This document shows, in pieces, positions 27,581 to 35,523 of a stretch of 44,177 nucleotides of DNA. This DNA is from an uncultured Dehalococcoidales bacterium (GTDB taxonomy: Bacteria > Chloroflexota > Dehalococcoidia > E44-bin15). The position numbers and the translations under genes are program-made. Below the pieces are notes generated by a model, which was given only the letters and a program-made list of their open reading frames with translations, did not search any database and was not told where the DNA came from. The DNA lies in NCBI GenBank assembly GCA_964448395.1, contig CAYUWM010000006.1, forward strand, positions 1 to 44,177, read 5' to 3'. Each line of letters begins with the position of its first letter. Position 1 is the stretch's first letter.

Positions 27581-27742
27581 GTGAAGTATAAATGTAGTGT
27601 ATGTGGATACGTCTACGACCCGGAGCAGGGCGATCCCGACGGTGACATATCACCCGGCACCGCCTTCGAGAACCTGCCCGATGACTGGCAATGCCCGGTC
27701 TGCGGCGCGAGCAAGGACGAGTTCGAGAAGATAGACGAGTAG
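27581..27742 (+). CDS. Rubredoxin (not in the ORF track)
   Basis: GTG start after GAGGAG. Translates [53 protein letters not shown]. Confidence 0.96.
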   Translation: MKYKCSVCGYVYDPEQGDPDGDISPGTAFENLPDDWQCPVCGASKDEFEKIDE

Positions 27743-27771
27743 AATCGCTCTTTCCCAGGAGGTGAACTGAG

Positions 27772-27960
27772 ATGACAGAACAGATATGCCCAACGTGCGG
27801 CTGCCTTATATCCGGCGAAGGCTACGAGACCGGAGGCGTTGTTTTCTGCTGCGAACCCTGCGCCAAGGACGAGTCCTGTGGCTGCGGTTGCTGCGCTGAT
27901 GCACCGGAATCGAGTCCTATTGAAGATGAGGTGAAGCACTGGTACATACGCAGGTCCTGA
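27772..27960 (+). CDS. Bacterial metallothionein-like Cys-rich peptide
   Basis: 10 Cys in 62 aa: CPTCGC...FCCEPCA...CGCGCC. AGGAGGTG RBS. Confidence 0.75.
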   Translation: MTEQICPTCGCLISGEGYETGGVVFCCEPCAKDESCGCGCCADAPESSPIEDEVKHWYIRRS

Positions 27961-28133
27961 CGGTAGCTTCACCTGCCCCGGCGGGGCACACGAATCCAAA
28001 GTTACCGATTAAAAGGAGTGGGTAGGGAACAAGGGACAAGCCCTGCTCATGCTATGCAAGGAGCTGGCGGCATGGGTGTTCACCCCGCCAGCGACGTCTA
28101 AAGAGGACTAGTTGATTATTCGAGGGTACAGAC

Positions 28134-29324
28134 TTGAAGAAAATAGAACTGGCTGAAGGTGTCTACTGGGTAGGCGCCATCGACTGGAATATCAGGAACT
28201 TCCACGGCTACTCCACGCACGTGGGCACGACCTATAACGCCTACCTAATCGTCGACCAGAAGGTGGCCCTCATCGACACAGTCAAGGCCCCCTTCTATGG
28301 CGAACTGGCAGCTAGAGTAAACGAGATCGTTTCCTTCGCCGACATCGACTACGTGGTATCGAACCACGTCGAGATGGACCACTCCGGCTCGTTGCCGATG
28401 GTGATGGACGCGGCTAAAAAGGCCAAGCTGATCACGCTGGAGAAGTTCGGCGAGAACGGACTGAGCAAAACGTTTCATGCCCAATGGCCGACCATAGCGG
28501 TAAAGGAGGGCAGCGAGCTTAAGCTGGGCAAGCGCAATCTGACCTTCATACCCACCCCCATGCTCCACTGGCCCGACTCCATGTGCACCTACCTGATCGA
28601 GGACAAGATCCTGTTCTCCATGGACGCCTTCGGGCAGCACCTGGCTAGCTCACAGCGGTTCGATGATGAAGTGGGGCTGGGGATAATCATGCCGCAGGCA
28701 ACGAAATACTACGCCAATATCCTGATGCCCTTCGGCGACCTGATAGTGAAGGCCGCGGAGAAGCTAGGCGGCATCGACATAGACATGATCGCCCCCAGCC
28801 ACGGCATTATATGGCGCTCTCACCTGAGCGATATCCTAAGCGCTTATACTTCATGGGGCAAGGGTGAAACCGTCAACAAGGCGCTGGTGATATATGATAC
28901 AATGTGGGGCAGCACCGAGAAGATGGCGCTCGCGCTGGCGGAGGGCATCGCCGGGGAAGGCATCAAGGTTAAGGTTTATAACCTGAGCAAGTCAGACCAC
29001 AGCGACATCATCAAAGAGGTGCTCGATGCCAGGGCAATCCTGGTCGGCTCACCGACGCTCAATAACGGGATGTTCCCTACCGTATCGCAATTCCTGTGCT
29101 ACCTGAAGGGACTGAAGCCCAAGGGCAAGATCGGTGCCGCCTTCGGTTCGCACGGATGGGCCGGCGGTGCCGTCAAGGCGGTGCAGCAGGAGCTGGAGGC
29201 CGCCGGAATCGACCTGATGGAATCAGGTCTCGCATTTAAGTTTGTGCCCGATGCGGAAGAATTACAGAAGTGCGCAGATTTCGGCAAAACGGTGGCGCAA
29301 TGTATGAAACAAGGAGGTGTCTAA
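28134..29324 (+). CDS. fprA: Flavodiiron protein (O2/NO reductase, FprA)
   Basis: 'GTTYNAYLI', 'NHVEMDHSG', 'HWPDSM', 'APSHG', flavodoxin motif 'YDTMWGSTEKMA'. Confidence 0.95.
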   Translation: MKKIELAEGVYWVGAIDWNIRNFHGYSTHVGTTYNAYLIVDQKVALIDTVKAPFYGELAARVNEIVSFADIDYVVSNHVEMDHSGSLPMVMDAAKKAKLITLEKFGENGLSKTFHAQWPTIAVKEGSELKLGKRNLTFIPTPMLHWPDSMCTYLIEDKILFSMDAFGQHLASSQRFDDEVGLGIIMPQATKYYANILMPFGDLIVKAAEKLGGIDIDMIAPSHGIIWRSHLSDILSAYTSWGKGETVNKALVIYDTMWGSTEKMALALAEGIAGEGIKVKVYNLSKSDHSDIIKEVLDARAILVGSPTLNNGMFPTVSQFLCYLKGLKPKGKIGAAFGSHGWAGGAVKAVQQELEAAGIDLMESGLAFKFVPDAEELQKCADFGKTVAQCMKQGGV

Positions 29325-29845
29325 TGGTAAGTGAGATCGATGCCCTGAGACTGGCCATCGAGAAGGAAAGGGGGGCACACCAGTACTACAGCGAGGCAGC
29401 CGGGCGCGTCACCAACGAGGCCAGTAAAAAGATGTTCACCTGGCTGGCTAACGAAGAGAAGGGCCACCTCCATCTGCTAGAGAGCCAGTGCGCAGCCGTC
29501 GAGCAAAGCAGCGAGTGGCTTGCCGAGGATAAAACCCCTGCCGGCTGTAAACTATCAACACCCATCGCCCGCTCGGAGTTCCCTTCTCTATCCGAGGCCA
29601 AGGACGATCCCAGAACCGAAGTGCCGGAGATGGATATACTGAGCAAGGCCATCGCCGACGAGCGGGAGGCCGCTCAATCGTACGCTGAGATGGCGGAGGC
29701 CGTCTCCGACCCCAAGGGCAAGGAGATGTTGCGCAAGCTCTCCCAGATCGAGAACGGGCACCTGGCGCTGCTCGAAGAGGAGTATGAGTTCATACGCCGC
29801 TCCAAGCCCATGTTCCCCCTGCACCGCTTCACGCTGTCCGCCTAA
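29324..29845 (+). CDS. Rubrerythrin-like di-iron ferritin-fold protein
   Basis: Two 'AIxxE...Y...EExxH' type halves. ATG overlaps the fprA stop codon, with an AGGAGG RBS. Confidence 0.85.
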   Translation: MVSEIDALRLAIEKERGAHQYYSEAAGRVTNEASKKMFTWLANEEKGHLHLLESQCAAVEQSSEWLAEDKTPAGCKLSTPIARSEFPSLSEAKDDPRTEVPEMDILSKAIADEREAAQSYAEMAEAVSDPKGKEMLRKLSQIENGHLALLEEEYEFIRRSKPMFPLHRFTLSA

Positions 29846-30027
29846 GGTTAATCTTGAATAATGGCGTCCCAACGTGGTCATCTCAGGACAGCTTGCTGTT
29901 TCGGCACGTGTCGATCCATCAGCCGATACCGCGAAGTGGTAAAGCCCCTCCATGCACACGGAACAAAATAATGTAGACCCGGAGAGATTCCAGCCAACAC
30001 ACCTAGAAATTATAGAGGTTATCAAAG

Positions 30028-31773
30028 ATGAAGATTCGACAATCACCGCCGCACTATGAGGACGCCAACCTGCAGGACTACGAGTCAGCATATGCAGACT
30101 TCCAGTGGTCGGATGTGGAGCAGGAATTCGACTGGTACCGGACCGGCAAGCTGAACATGGCCCACGAGGCTATCGACCGCCACTGCCAGACGAAGCGCAG
30201 GGATAAGATAGCACTATACTACCTGTCCGACGAGCGCGACGAGCAATACACCTTCGAGCAACTGCGCATCCTGTCCAACAAGTTCGCCAATGTCCTCCGC
30301 GGACTAGGCATCGGCAAGGGAGATCGAGTGTTCATCTTCATGCCGCGCGCCCCCGAGGTCCACATCGGTTTCATCGGCATCGCCAAGGTGGGAGCCATAG
30401 TGGGGCCCCTGTTCGAGGCGTTCATGGAAGAGGCCCTCAAGGATAGACTTCAGGACAGCGAGGCGGTGGCGATAATCACCACCCCGGAATTGAAACCCCG
30501 CATCCCCAGGCAGGAACTGCCGTCCCTCAAACATGTCATCCTGGTCGGTGATACCGGAGAACTCGGCCCGGGCGAGGTGAGCTACGAACAGCTCATGTCG
30601 CAGGCACCTGAAGAGGCTGATATCGAGTGGGTGGACCGCGAAGACCCGCTGATCCTGCACTATACCTCTGGCTCCACCGGTAAGCCCAAGGGCGTGCTCC
30701 ATGTTCACAACGCAATGATCGGCCACTATCAAACGTCGAAATGGGTGCTCGACCTCAAGGATGACGATGTCTACTGGTGCACCGCCGACCCCGGCTGGAT
30801 CACCGGCACCTCCTACGGCATCTACGGACCCTGGCTGCTGGGGACAAGCATCGTCCTCCGCGGCGGCAGATTCGACCCGGAGAAGTCCTTTGCCACTATA
30901 GACCGGTATAAGGTGACGGTATGGTTCAGCGCCCCTACCGCCTTCCGGCGGATGATGGCAACCAGCGACGAATTGCGACACAGATACAGCCTGGGAAGCC
31001 TGCGCCACATCCTTAGCGCCGGCGAGCCGCTCAACCCGGCAGTCATTACCTGGGCGCAGCACACGCTCGGCATGCCGATCTACGACAACTGGTGGATGAC
31101 CGAATCGGGCATGCAGCTGATCGCCAACTACCGCTGCCTGCCAATCAAGCCCGGCTCCATGGGCAAGCCCGTGCCCGGCGTTATCGCTACAATACTGGAT
31201 GACGACGGTAATGAGTTACCCCCCAACCATATAGGCAACCTCGCCATCAAAGCGGGGTGGCCCGCCATGATGCGGCAGATATGGAGAAACGACAGCAAGT
31301 ACCGGGAATATTTCCCCTTCAACTCATGGTTCATCTCCGGTGACTCCGCCCATCGGGACGACGATGGCTACTTCTGGTTCCAGGGGCGTATCGATGATAT
31401 CATCAAGACATCCGGGGAGAGGGTCGGCCCTTTCGAGGTGGAGAGCGTTTTGCTGGAGCATCCAGCGATAGTGGAGGCCGGGGTCATCGGCAAACCCGAC
31501 CCGCTCAGGGGACAGATCATCAAGGCATTCGTTTGCCTCCGCGACGGCTACGAAGAGAGCGAAGAATTAAAAAAAGAGATCATGGATTTCGTGCGCAAGC
31601 ATCTGGCGGCACATGCCGTACCCCGCGAGATCGAGTTTGAATGTGCATTGCCCAAGACCAGGAGCGGCAAGATAATGCGCCGGGTGCTGAAGGCCTGGGA
31701 TCTGGGACTTCCTGCCGGGGACCTCTCAACAATGGACGACGCAAGCCATTTCCATGACCAGAATGGTCACTAG
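30028..31773 (+). CDS. acsA: Acetate--CoA ligase (AMP-forming acetyl-CoA synthetase)
   Basis: 'YTSGSTGKPKG', 'WCTADPGW', 'AGEPLNP', 'DNWWMTE', 'PKTRSGKIMRR'. Confidence 0.92.
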   Translation: MKIRQSPPHYEDANLQDYESAYADFQWSDVEQEFDWYRTGKLNMAHEAIDRHCQTKRRDKIALYYLSDERDEQYTFEQLRILSNKFANVLRGLGIGKGDRVFIFMPRAPEVHIGFIGIAKVGAIVGPLFEAFMEEALKDRLQDSEAVAIITTPELKPRIPRQELPSLKHVILVGDTGELGPGEVSYEQLMSQAPEEADIEWVDREDPLILHYTSGSTGKPKGVLHVHNAMIGHYQTSKWVLDLKDDDVYWCTADPGWITGTSYGIYGPWLLGTSIVLRGGRFDPEKSFATIDRYKVTVWFSAPTAFRRMMATSDELRHRYSLGSLRHILSAGEPLNPAVITWAQHTLGMPIYDNWWMTESGMQLIANYRCLPIKPGSMGKPVPGVIATILDDDGNELPPNHIGNLAIKAGWPAMMRQIWRNDSKYREYFPFNSWFISGDSAHRDDDGYFWFQGRIDDIIKTSGERVGPFEVESVLLEHPAIVEAGVIGKPDPLRGQIIKAFVCLRDGYEESEELKKEIMDFVRKHLAAHAVPREIEFECALPKTRSGKIMRRVLKAWDLGLPAGDLSTMDDASHFHDQNGH

Positions 31774-31843
31774 TTTTAACCTGCGACTGCGGATGTTATA
31801 ATGGTTCACCAGGGGCCCCATCGCTGCGAAATACGGAATATAG

Positions 31844-32515
31844 ATGACGGTTCAGATAGAGACGCTGCAGTCCATCCCCTACTTCCACGGAATCAGCTTA
31901 GAAGACCTTAACACGATCAAGGATTCATTCTTCGAGAAGACAGCGGAAAGGGGAGAGCTGATACTGGCAGAGGAAGAGCCCTCCAATGTGCTGTACTTCA
32001 TTACCTCCGGCGCAGTGAAACTATTCAAGACATCGGCTGACGGGAAAGAGCAGATACTCGATATCGCCCGACCGGGCCAGTCGATAAACGATGTCCCCGT
32101 TTTCGACGGCAACCCGAACCTTACCAGCGCTCAGGCGATGGGGCCGGTAATACTGTACGGGGTCGACAAGGCAGCTTTAGATAGAATCCTGCAGCTATAC
32201 CCCAGGGTGGCCCAAAACGCCAACAAAGTTCTAGCCGGACAGGTGCGCCGCCTTACCTCGCTGGTCGAGGACCTTTCCTTCAAGCCGGTTATCGGCAGGG
32301 TGGCCAAGATACTATTAGAGAACAGTGAAGAGAACCCCGACTCCCACCCTAAGCTCACCCAGCAGGATATGGCGGCCATGGCCGGCACCGCCCGCGAGGT
32401 GGTCGGCAGGTCGCTCAAGGCCCTTGAAGAAGAAGGATTGATCAGGCTGGAGCGACACCGCCTGGTGATCAGCGACAAGGAAGCGCTTAAAGATATGGTG
32501 GCGGCATTTTCTTAA
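31844..32515 (+). CDS. Crp/Fnr family transcriptional regulator containing no Cys
   Basis: cNMP-type domain plus HTH 'LTQQDMAAMAGTAREVVGRSL'. Extended -10 TGtTATAAT near 31794-31802. Confidence 0.93.
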   Translation: MTVQIETLQSIPYFHGISLEDLNTIKDSFFEKTAERGELILAEEEPSNVLYFITSGAVKLFKTSADGKEQILDIARPGQSINDVPVFDGNPNLTSAQAMGPVILYGVDKAALDRILQLYPRVAQNANKVLAGQVRRLTSLVEDLSFKPVIGRVAKILLENSEENPDSHPKLTQQDMAAMAGTAREVVGRSLKALEEEGLIRLERHRLVISDKEALKDMVAAFS

Positions 32516-32521
32516 GCTTGT

Positions 32522-32565
32522 TGAGACAAACGTCACACACATCGATTGAAAGCCAATTATATGAT
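32522..32565 (+). promoter_or_regulatory. Crp/Fnr box 2 with a class II promoter
   Basis: TGAGA-CAAACG-TCACA (32522-32537) and -10 TATGAT (32560-32565). Confidence 0.75.
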
Positions 32566-32588
32566 TAAAATAGAGGGAGGCGAGAGGA

Positions 32589-32801
32589 GTGGCTGAGATG
32601 CCGGTAATAGATTACGGCAAGTGTGATGGTTGCGGGCTGTGTGTCAGCGTCTGCAGATGTAAAATCCTAGTCATTATTGATGGGATACTAACCATCGTTC
32701 ACGAAGAGAAATGCGGCATCTGCAGCCGCTGGTGCACCGAATGCGAAGACGTGTGCCCCACCGGAGCCATAAGCTGCCCCTTCGATATAGTTGTAGAGTG
32801 A
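32589..32801 (+). CDS. Dicluster 4Fe-4S ferredoxin
   Basis: CDGCGLCVSVC and CGICSRWCTECEDVCP. GTG start after GGGAGG. Confidence 0.9.
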   Translation: MAEMPVIDYGKCDGCGLCVSVCRCKILVIIDGILTIVHEEKCGICSRWCTECEDVCPTGAISCPFDIVVE

Positions 32802-32828
32802 TGCTTCCTGCCTTCACCCGATCTCTAT

Positions 32829-32871
32829 TGAGACAAAAGTCGCATACAATGACCCACTATCACCCTAGAAT
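32829..32871 (+). promoter_or_regulatory. Crp/Fnr box 3 with a class II promoter
   Basis: TGAGA-CAAAAG-TCGCA (32829-32844) and -10 TAGAAT (32866-32871). Confidence 0.78.
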
Positions 32872-32900
32872 GAACCTAGCGGCAATCTAAAGACAAGATT

Positions 32901-33617
32901 ATGAAAATCACCATCAGTATAGAGAAACCAAGAATCAACAGACGCATCTTCCACTGGATAATCGCAGCGGCTTTTATAGCCCTGTTCGCCACTGGCCTAA
33001 TCATTTATACACCCCAGTTCTCCACACTGGCCTCCGGGGGTGCAACCAGGATTATTCATAAAATAGCGGCGGTGACACTTATAGCCGGACCAATCATCTA
33101 CGCTCTGTTCAAACCTGATATAGCACGGCAATGGATCAGGGAAGCGGCTATCTGGAGGAAGCTGCCTGCCGATTCGCCGCAGTTCATCAGCCCCTGGAGG
33201 AGGAAGCATAAGTTGCTGATATCCATCGGTATCATCCTCTTTGCACTGACGGGTTCCCTCCAGTGGTTTTTCAAAGACATCCTGCCGGATGGGGTCTTCG
33301 ACGTTTCCCTTTTTATCCATAGCATTTTATTCTTCTCCGCCATCGTCGTCCTACTGTACCATATCTACTTCGAATTATACTGGTGGCTGTGGAGGAGAAG
33401 GTACTGCCGCCGCTGCGCTTTCCCCTATTGCGCCGACGCATGCCCCGTTGGAGCCGTAGCCGTTGACAACGGTACCATAGTGCGCGACAGCATAAAATGC
33501 AATAACTGCCGGCTGTGCATGCAGGACTGCCAGCGGAAGGCTCACTACAATAAGATTATCGTGCTGGAGAAGAACTTGCGAGCAGTCAAAACGGATCCAG
33601 CAGAGCACCGTATCTAA
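32901..33617 (+). CDS. Di-heme cytochrome b (FdnI/HyaC-like) fused to a C-terminal 4Fe-4S dicluster domain
   Basis: Four hydrophobic helices with His (FHW, IHK, IHS, YHI), then CRRCAFPYCADACP and CNNCRLCMQDC. Confidence 0.8.
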   Translation: MKITISIEKPRINRRIFHWIIAAAFIALFATGLIIYTPQFSTLASGGATRIIHKIAAVTLIAGPIIYALFKPDIARQWIREAAIWRKLPADSPQFISPWRRKHKLLISIGIILFALTGSLQWFFKDILPDGVFDVSLFIHSILFFSAIVVLLYHIYFELYWWLWRRRYCRRCAFPYCADACPVGAVAVDNGTIVRDSIKCNNCRLCMQDCQRKAHYNKIIVLEKNLRAVKTDPAEHRI

Positions 33618-33710
33618 CCAGGTTAAACTTACACGCCTGGACTCGCCCAACTCACGACACCTAACCCCCAAACGTCTGTTTATCTTATTCAATCCATAGC
33701 TATCTACGCA

Positions 33711-33753
33711 TGGGATAAAAGTCACATACAATTTCGCTTCCTTAGCATACAAT
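33711..33753 (+). promoter_or_regulatory. Crp/Fnr box 4 with a class II promoter
   Basis: TGGGA-TAAAAG-TCACA (33711-33726) and -10 TACAAT (33748-33753). Confidence 0.72.
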
Positions 33754-33780
33754 ATCAGTAGTTTAAGTGGGAGTGGACAG

Positions 33781-34035
33781 ATGGGAAGTAAAATGCAAAA
33801 CCATGTAACGAGAAATGGCTCGGCGGCAGTCCTCGACAAACCCAGAAATACGCAGGAGTCATGCCACCACTACTGGGTAATAGAAATGCCGAAAGGGCCG
33901 ACAAGCAGGGGCCGATGCAAGTTCTGCGGAACGGAGAGGGAGTTCGATAACCTGGGACCGGATTCGTGGAGGTACGGCGATATTTCGGAACTCCTGACCA
34001 CTAACCTTCGGGATATCATGAGCGAAGGAGCATAG
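33781..34035 (+). CDS. Small putative Zn-finger protein (CxHxW...CxxC)
   Basis: 'CHHYWVIE...SRGRCKFCG..REFDN'. GGGAG RBS. Promoter with Crp box directly upstream. Confidence 0.7.
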   Translation: MGSKMQNHVTRNGSAAVLDKPRNTQESCHHYWVIEMPKGPTSRGRCKFCGTEREFDNLGPDSWRYGDISELLTTNLRDIMSEGA

Positions 34036-34106
34036 TTAAGCACGCCAGCAATTGAACGCAGTGAGCAACTGGAGATCGATTTTAAAAAAACAATAATAAT
34101 TAATAG

Positions 34107-34233
34107 ACGTCAAAAGTATTTGGAATAGACCTGGGGACCACCAACTCGTGTATGGCCGTAATGGAAGCCGGCGAGCCGACGGTGGTAGTGACACAGCGGC
34201 GAAACGGTAGAGGGCGAGTTCCGCGAGGTATAA
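34107..34233 (+). pseudogene. dnaK: dnaK deletion scar: N-terminal and C-terminal codons joined out of frame
   Basis: ACG (dead start), then [26 protein letters not shown] (Hsp70 signature IDLGTTNS). In a shifted frame, [13 protein letters not shown], a DnaK-like tail. Confidence 0.85.
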
Positions 34234-34323
34234 CGTGGTACAATTAGCTGTCGGCAAGGGCAGTGCATGTGCCCTGACCCTACCAATGTATAGCAGTCAA
34301 GTAAAACCAAGGAGATTTACAGG

Positions 34324-34845
34324 ATGGACATCACGGTTTACACAACACCTACGTGCGGCTACTGCCGACACCTGAAGAACTACCTGCAGCAGCGCGGGGT
34401 AGAATACACCGAACGTGACGTCTCGATCGACCGTGCTGCCGCAGAGGAGATGGTCCAGCGGTCGGGCCAGATGGGGGTGCCGGTCACCGTCATCGGCAAC
34501 CAGGTGGTGATCGGATTCGACCGTACCCGCCTCGACAGTTTGCTTGGAAACTTGAGCGATGCTCGTCGCCCCAGTTTCGGCCTCAAGATAGCCGATGCCA
34601 GCAGGATCGGCCCCAAGCTGGGTATCGCGCCGGTATTCGGCGCCCTGGTGGGCGACGTGTCACCATCATCGCCTGGCGAGAGGGCGGGTATCCAGACGGG
34701 AGACATCATCACCGAGTTCAACATGCGTCCCATATACAGCGCAGACGACCTGGAGCAATCCCTCACCACGCTCACCCCCGGGCAGCGGGCCGTTATTGTT
34801 CTGCTGCGGGGACAGCAGACGCTGAAATCCGAGATTATCCTATAA
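34324..34845 (+). CDS. Glutaredoxin (NrdH-like, CGYC) fused to a PDZ domain
   Basis: 'VYTTPTCGYC', 'GQMGVPV', then 'SPGERAGIQTGDIITEFN'. Confidence 0.88.
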   Translation: MDITVYTTPTCGYCRHLKNYLQQRGVEYTERDVSIDRAAAEEMVQRSGQMGVPVTVIGNQVVIGFDRTRLDSLLGNLSDARRPSFGLKIADASRIGPKLGIAPVFGALVGDVSPSSPGERAGIQTGDIITEFNMRPIYSADDLEQSLTTLTPGQRAVIVLLRGQQTLKSEIIL

Positions 34846-35007
34846 AATCGCATAGATGATTAATGCTTAAATATGTATAGCGCATTATAGCCTAATGTCA
34901 GTTTTATGTATAATAATAGTGAAATATGGACGTGATGTAGACTTTCGGTTAAAATGGGTTTATAATAGTATAGTTGTACAAATGATGTAGGAGGGTGAGA
35001 GGATAAA

Positions 35008-35481
35008 ATGACAGAAATAATTTTAGAGGACCGAGATTTTCTGCTGTGGGTGATGCTGTACCAGGCCAGAGACGCCATACTCAAAGCCAGGAATAAGGAG
35101 CTCTATAAATATGACCTGTCGTTCATGAAGGCCGGCCTGCTGTTGGCCGTACAGGCCAGCGGGGGCAAGCCATCGGGAACCGATATATCTAAGTGGATGT
35201 TCCGCGAGCCCCACACCATCTCCGGCCTGGTTGGCAGGCTAATAAGGAATGGTTTGGTTACCAGAGCCAAGGTCCCGGGGAAGAAGAACATGATGGAAAT
35301 TTCCCTCACCGAAAAGGGCAAGGAAGCATACGAACAATCTTTGAAGATGGAGTCCATCCATGAGATACTATCGTGCCTTACGGAAGATGAGCGCAAGCAG
35401 CTGTACGCGACCCTGCAGAAACTCAGGGATAAAGCTCTCATGAGTCTGACCGCAGAAAGGCAGACCCTTCCGTTCCCTTAA
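35008..35481 (+). CDS. MarR family transcriptional regulator
   Basis: 'DISKWMFREPHTISGLVGRLIRNGLV', 'ISLTEKG', 'LTEDERKQL'. Confidence 0.85.
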   Translation: MTEIILEDRDFLLWVMLYQARDAILKARNKELYKYDLSFMKAGLLLAVQASGGKPSGTDISKWMFREPHTISGLVGRLIRNGLVTRAKVPGKKNMMEISLTEKGKEAYEQSLKMESIHEILSCLTEDERKQLYATLQKLRDKALMSLTAERQTLPFP

Positions 35482-35523
35482 CCTTTAACATGGCACTTCA
35501 GCAGTAGTGTTTTACTTCTGCCT

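Noticed and set aside
27961-28133. Possible small ORF or gene remnant between the metallothionein gene and fprA
   Set aside because: Short open frames exist, but none has a recognisable product or a convincing RBS/start pair.
29861-29971. 36-codon ORF (MASQRGHLRTACCFGTC...) before acsA
   Set aside because: No RBS and no recognisable family. Probably chance.
34036-34075. CIRCE/HrcA operator upstream of the dnaK scar
   Set aside because: Does not match TTAGCACTC-N9-GAGTGCTAA beyond a few bases.
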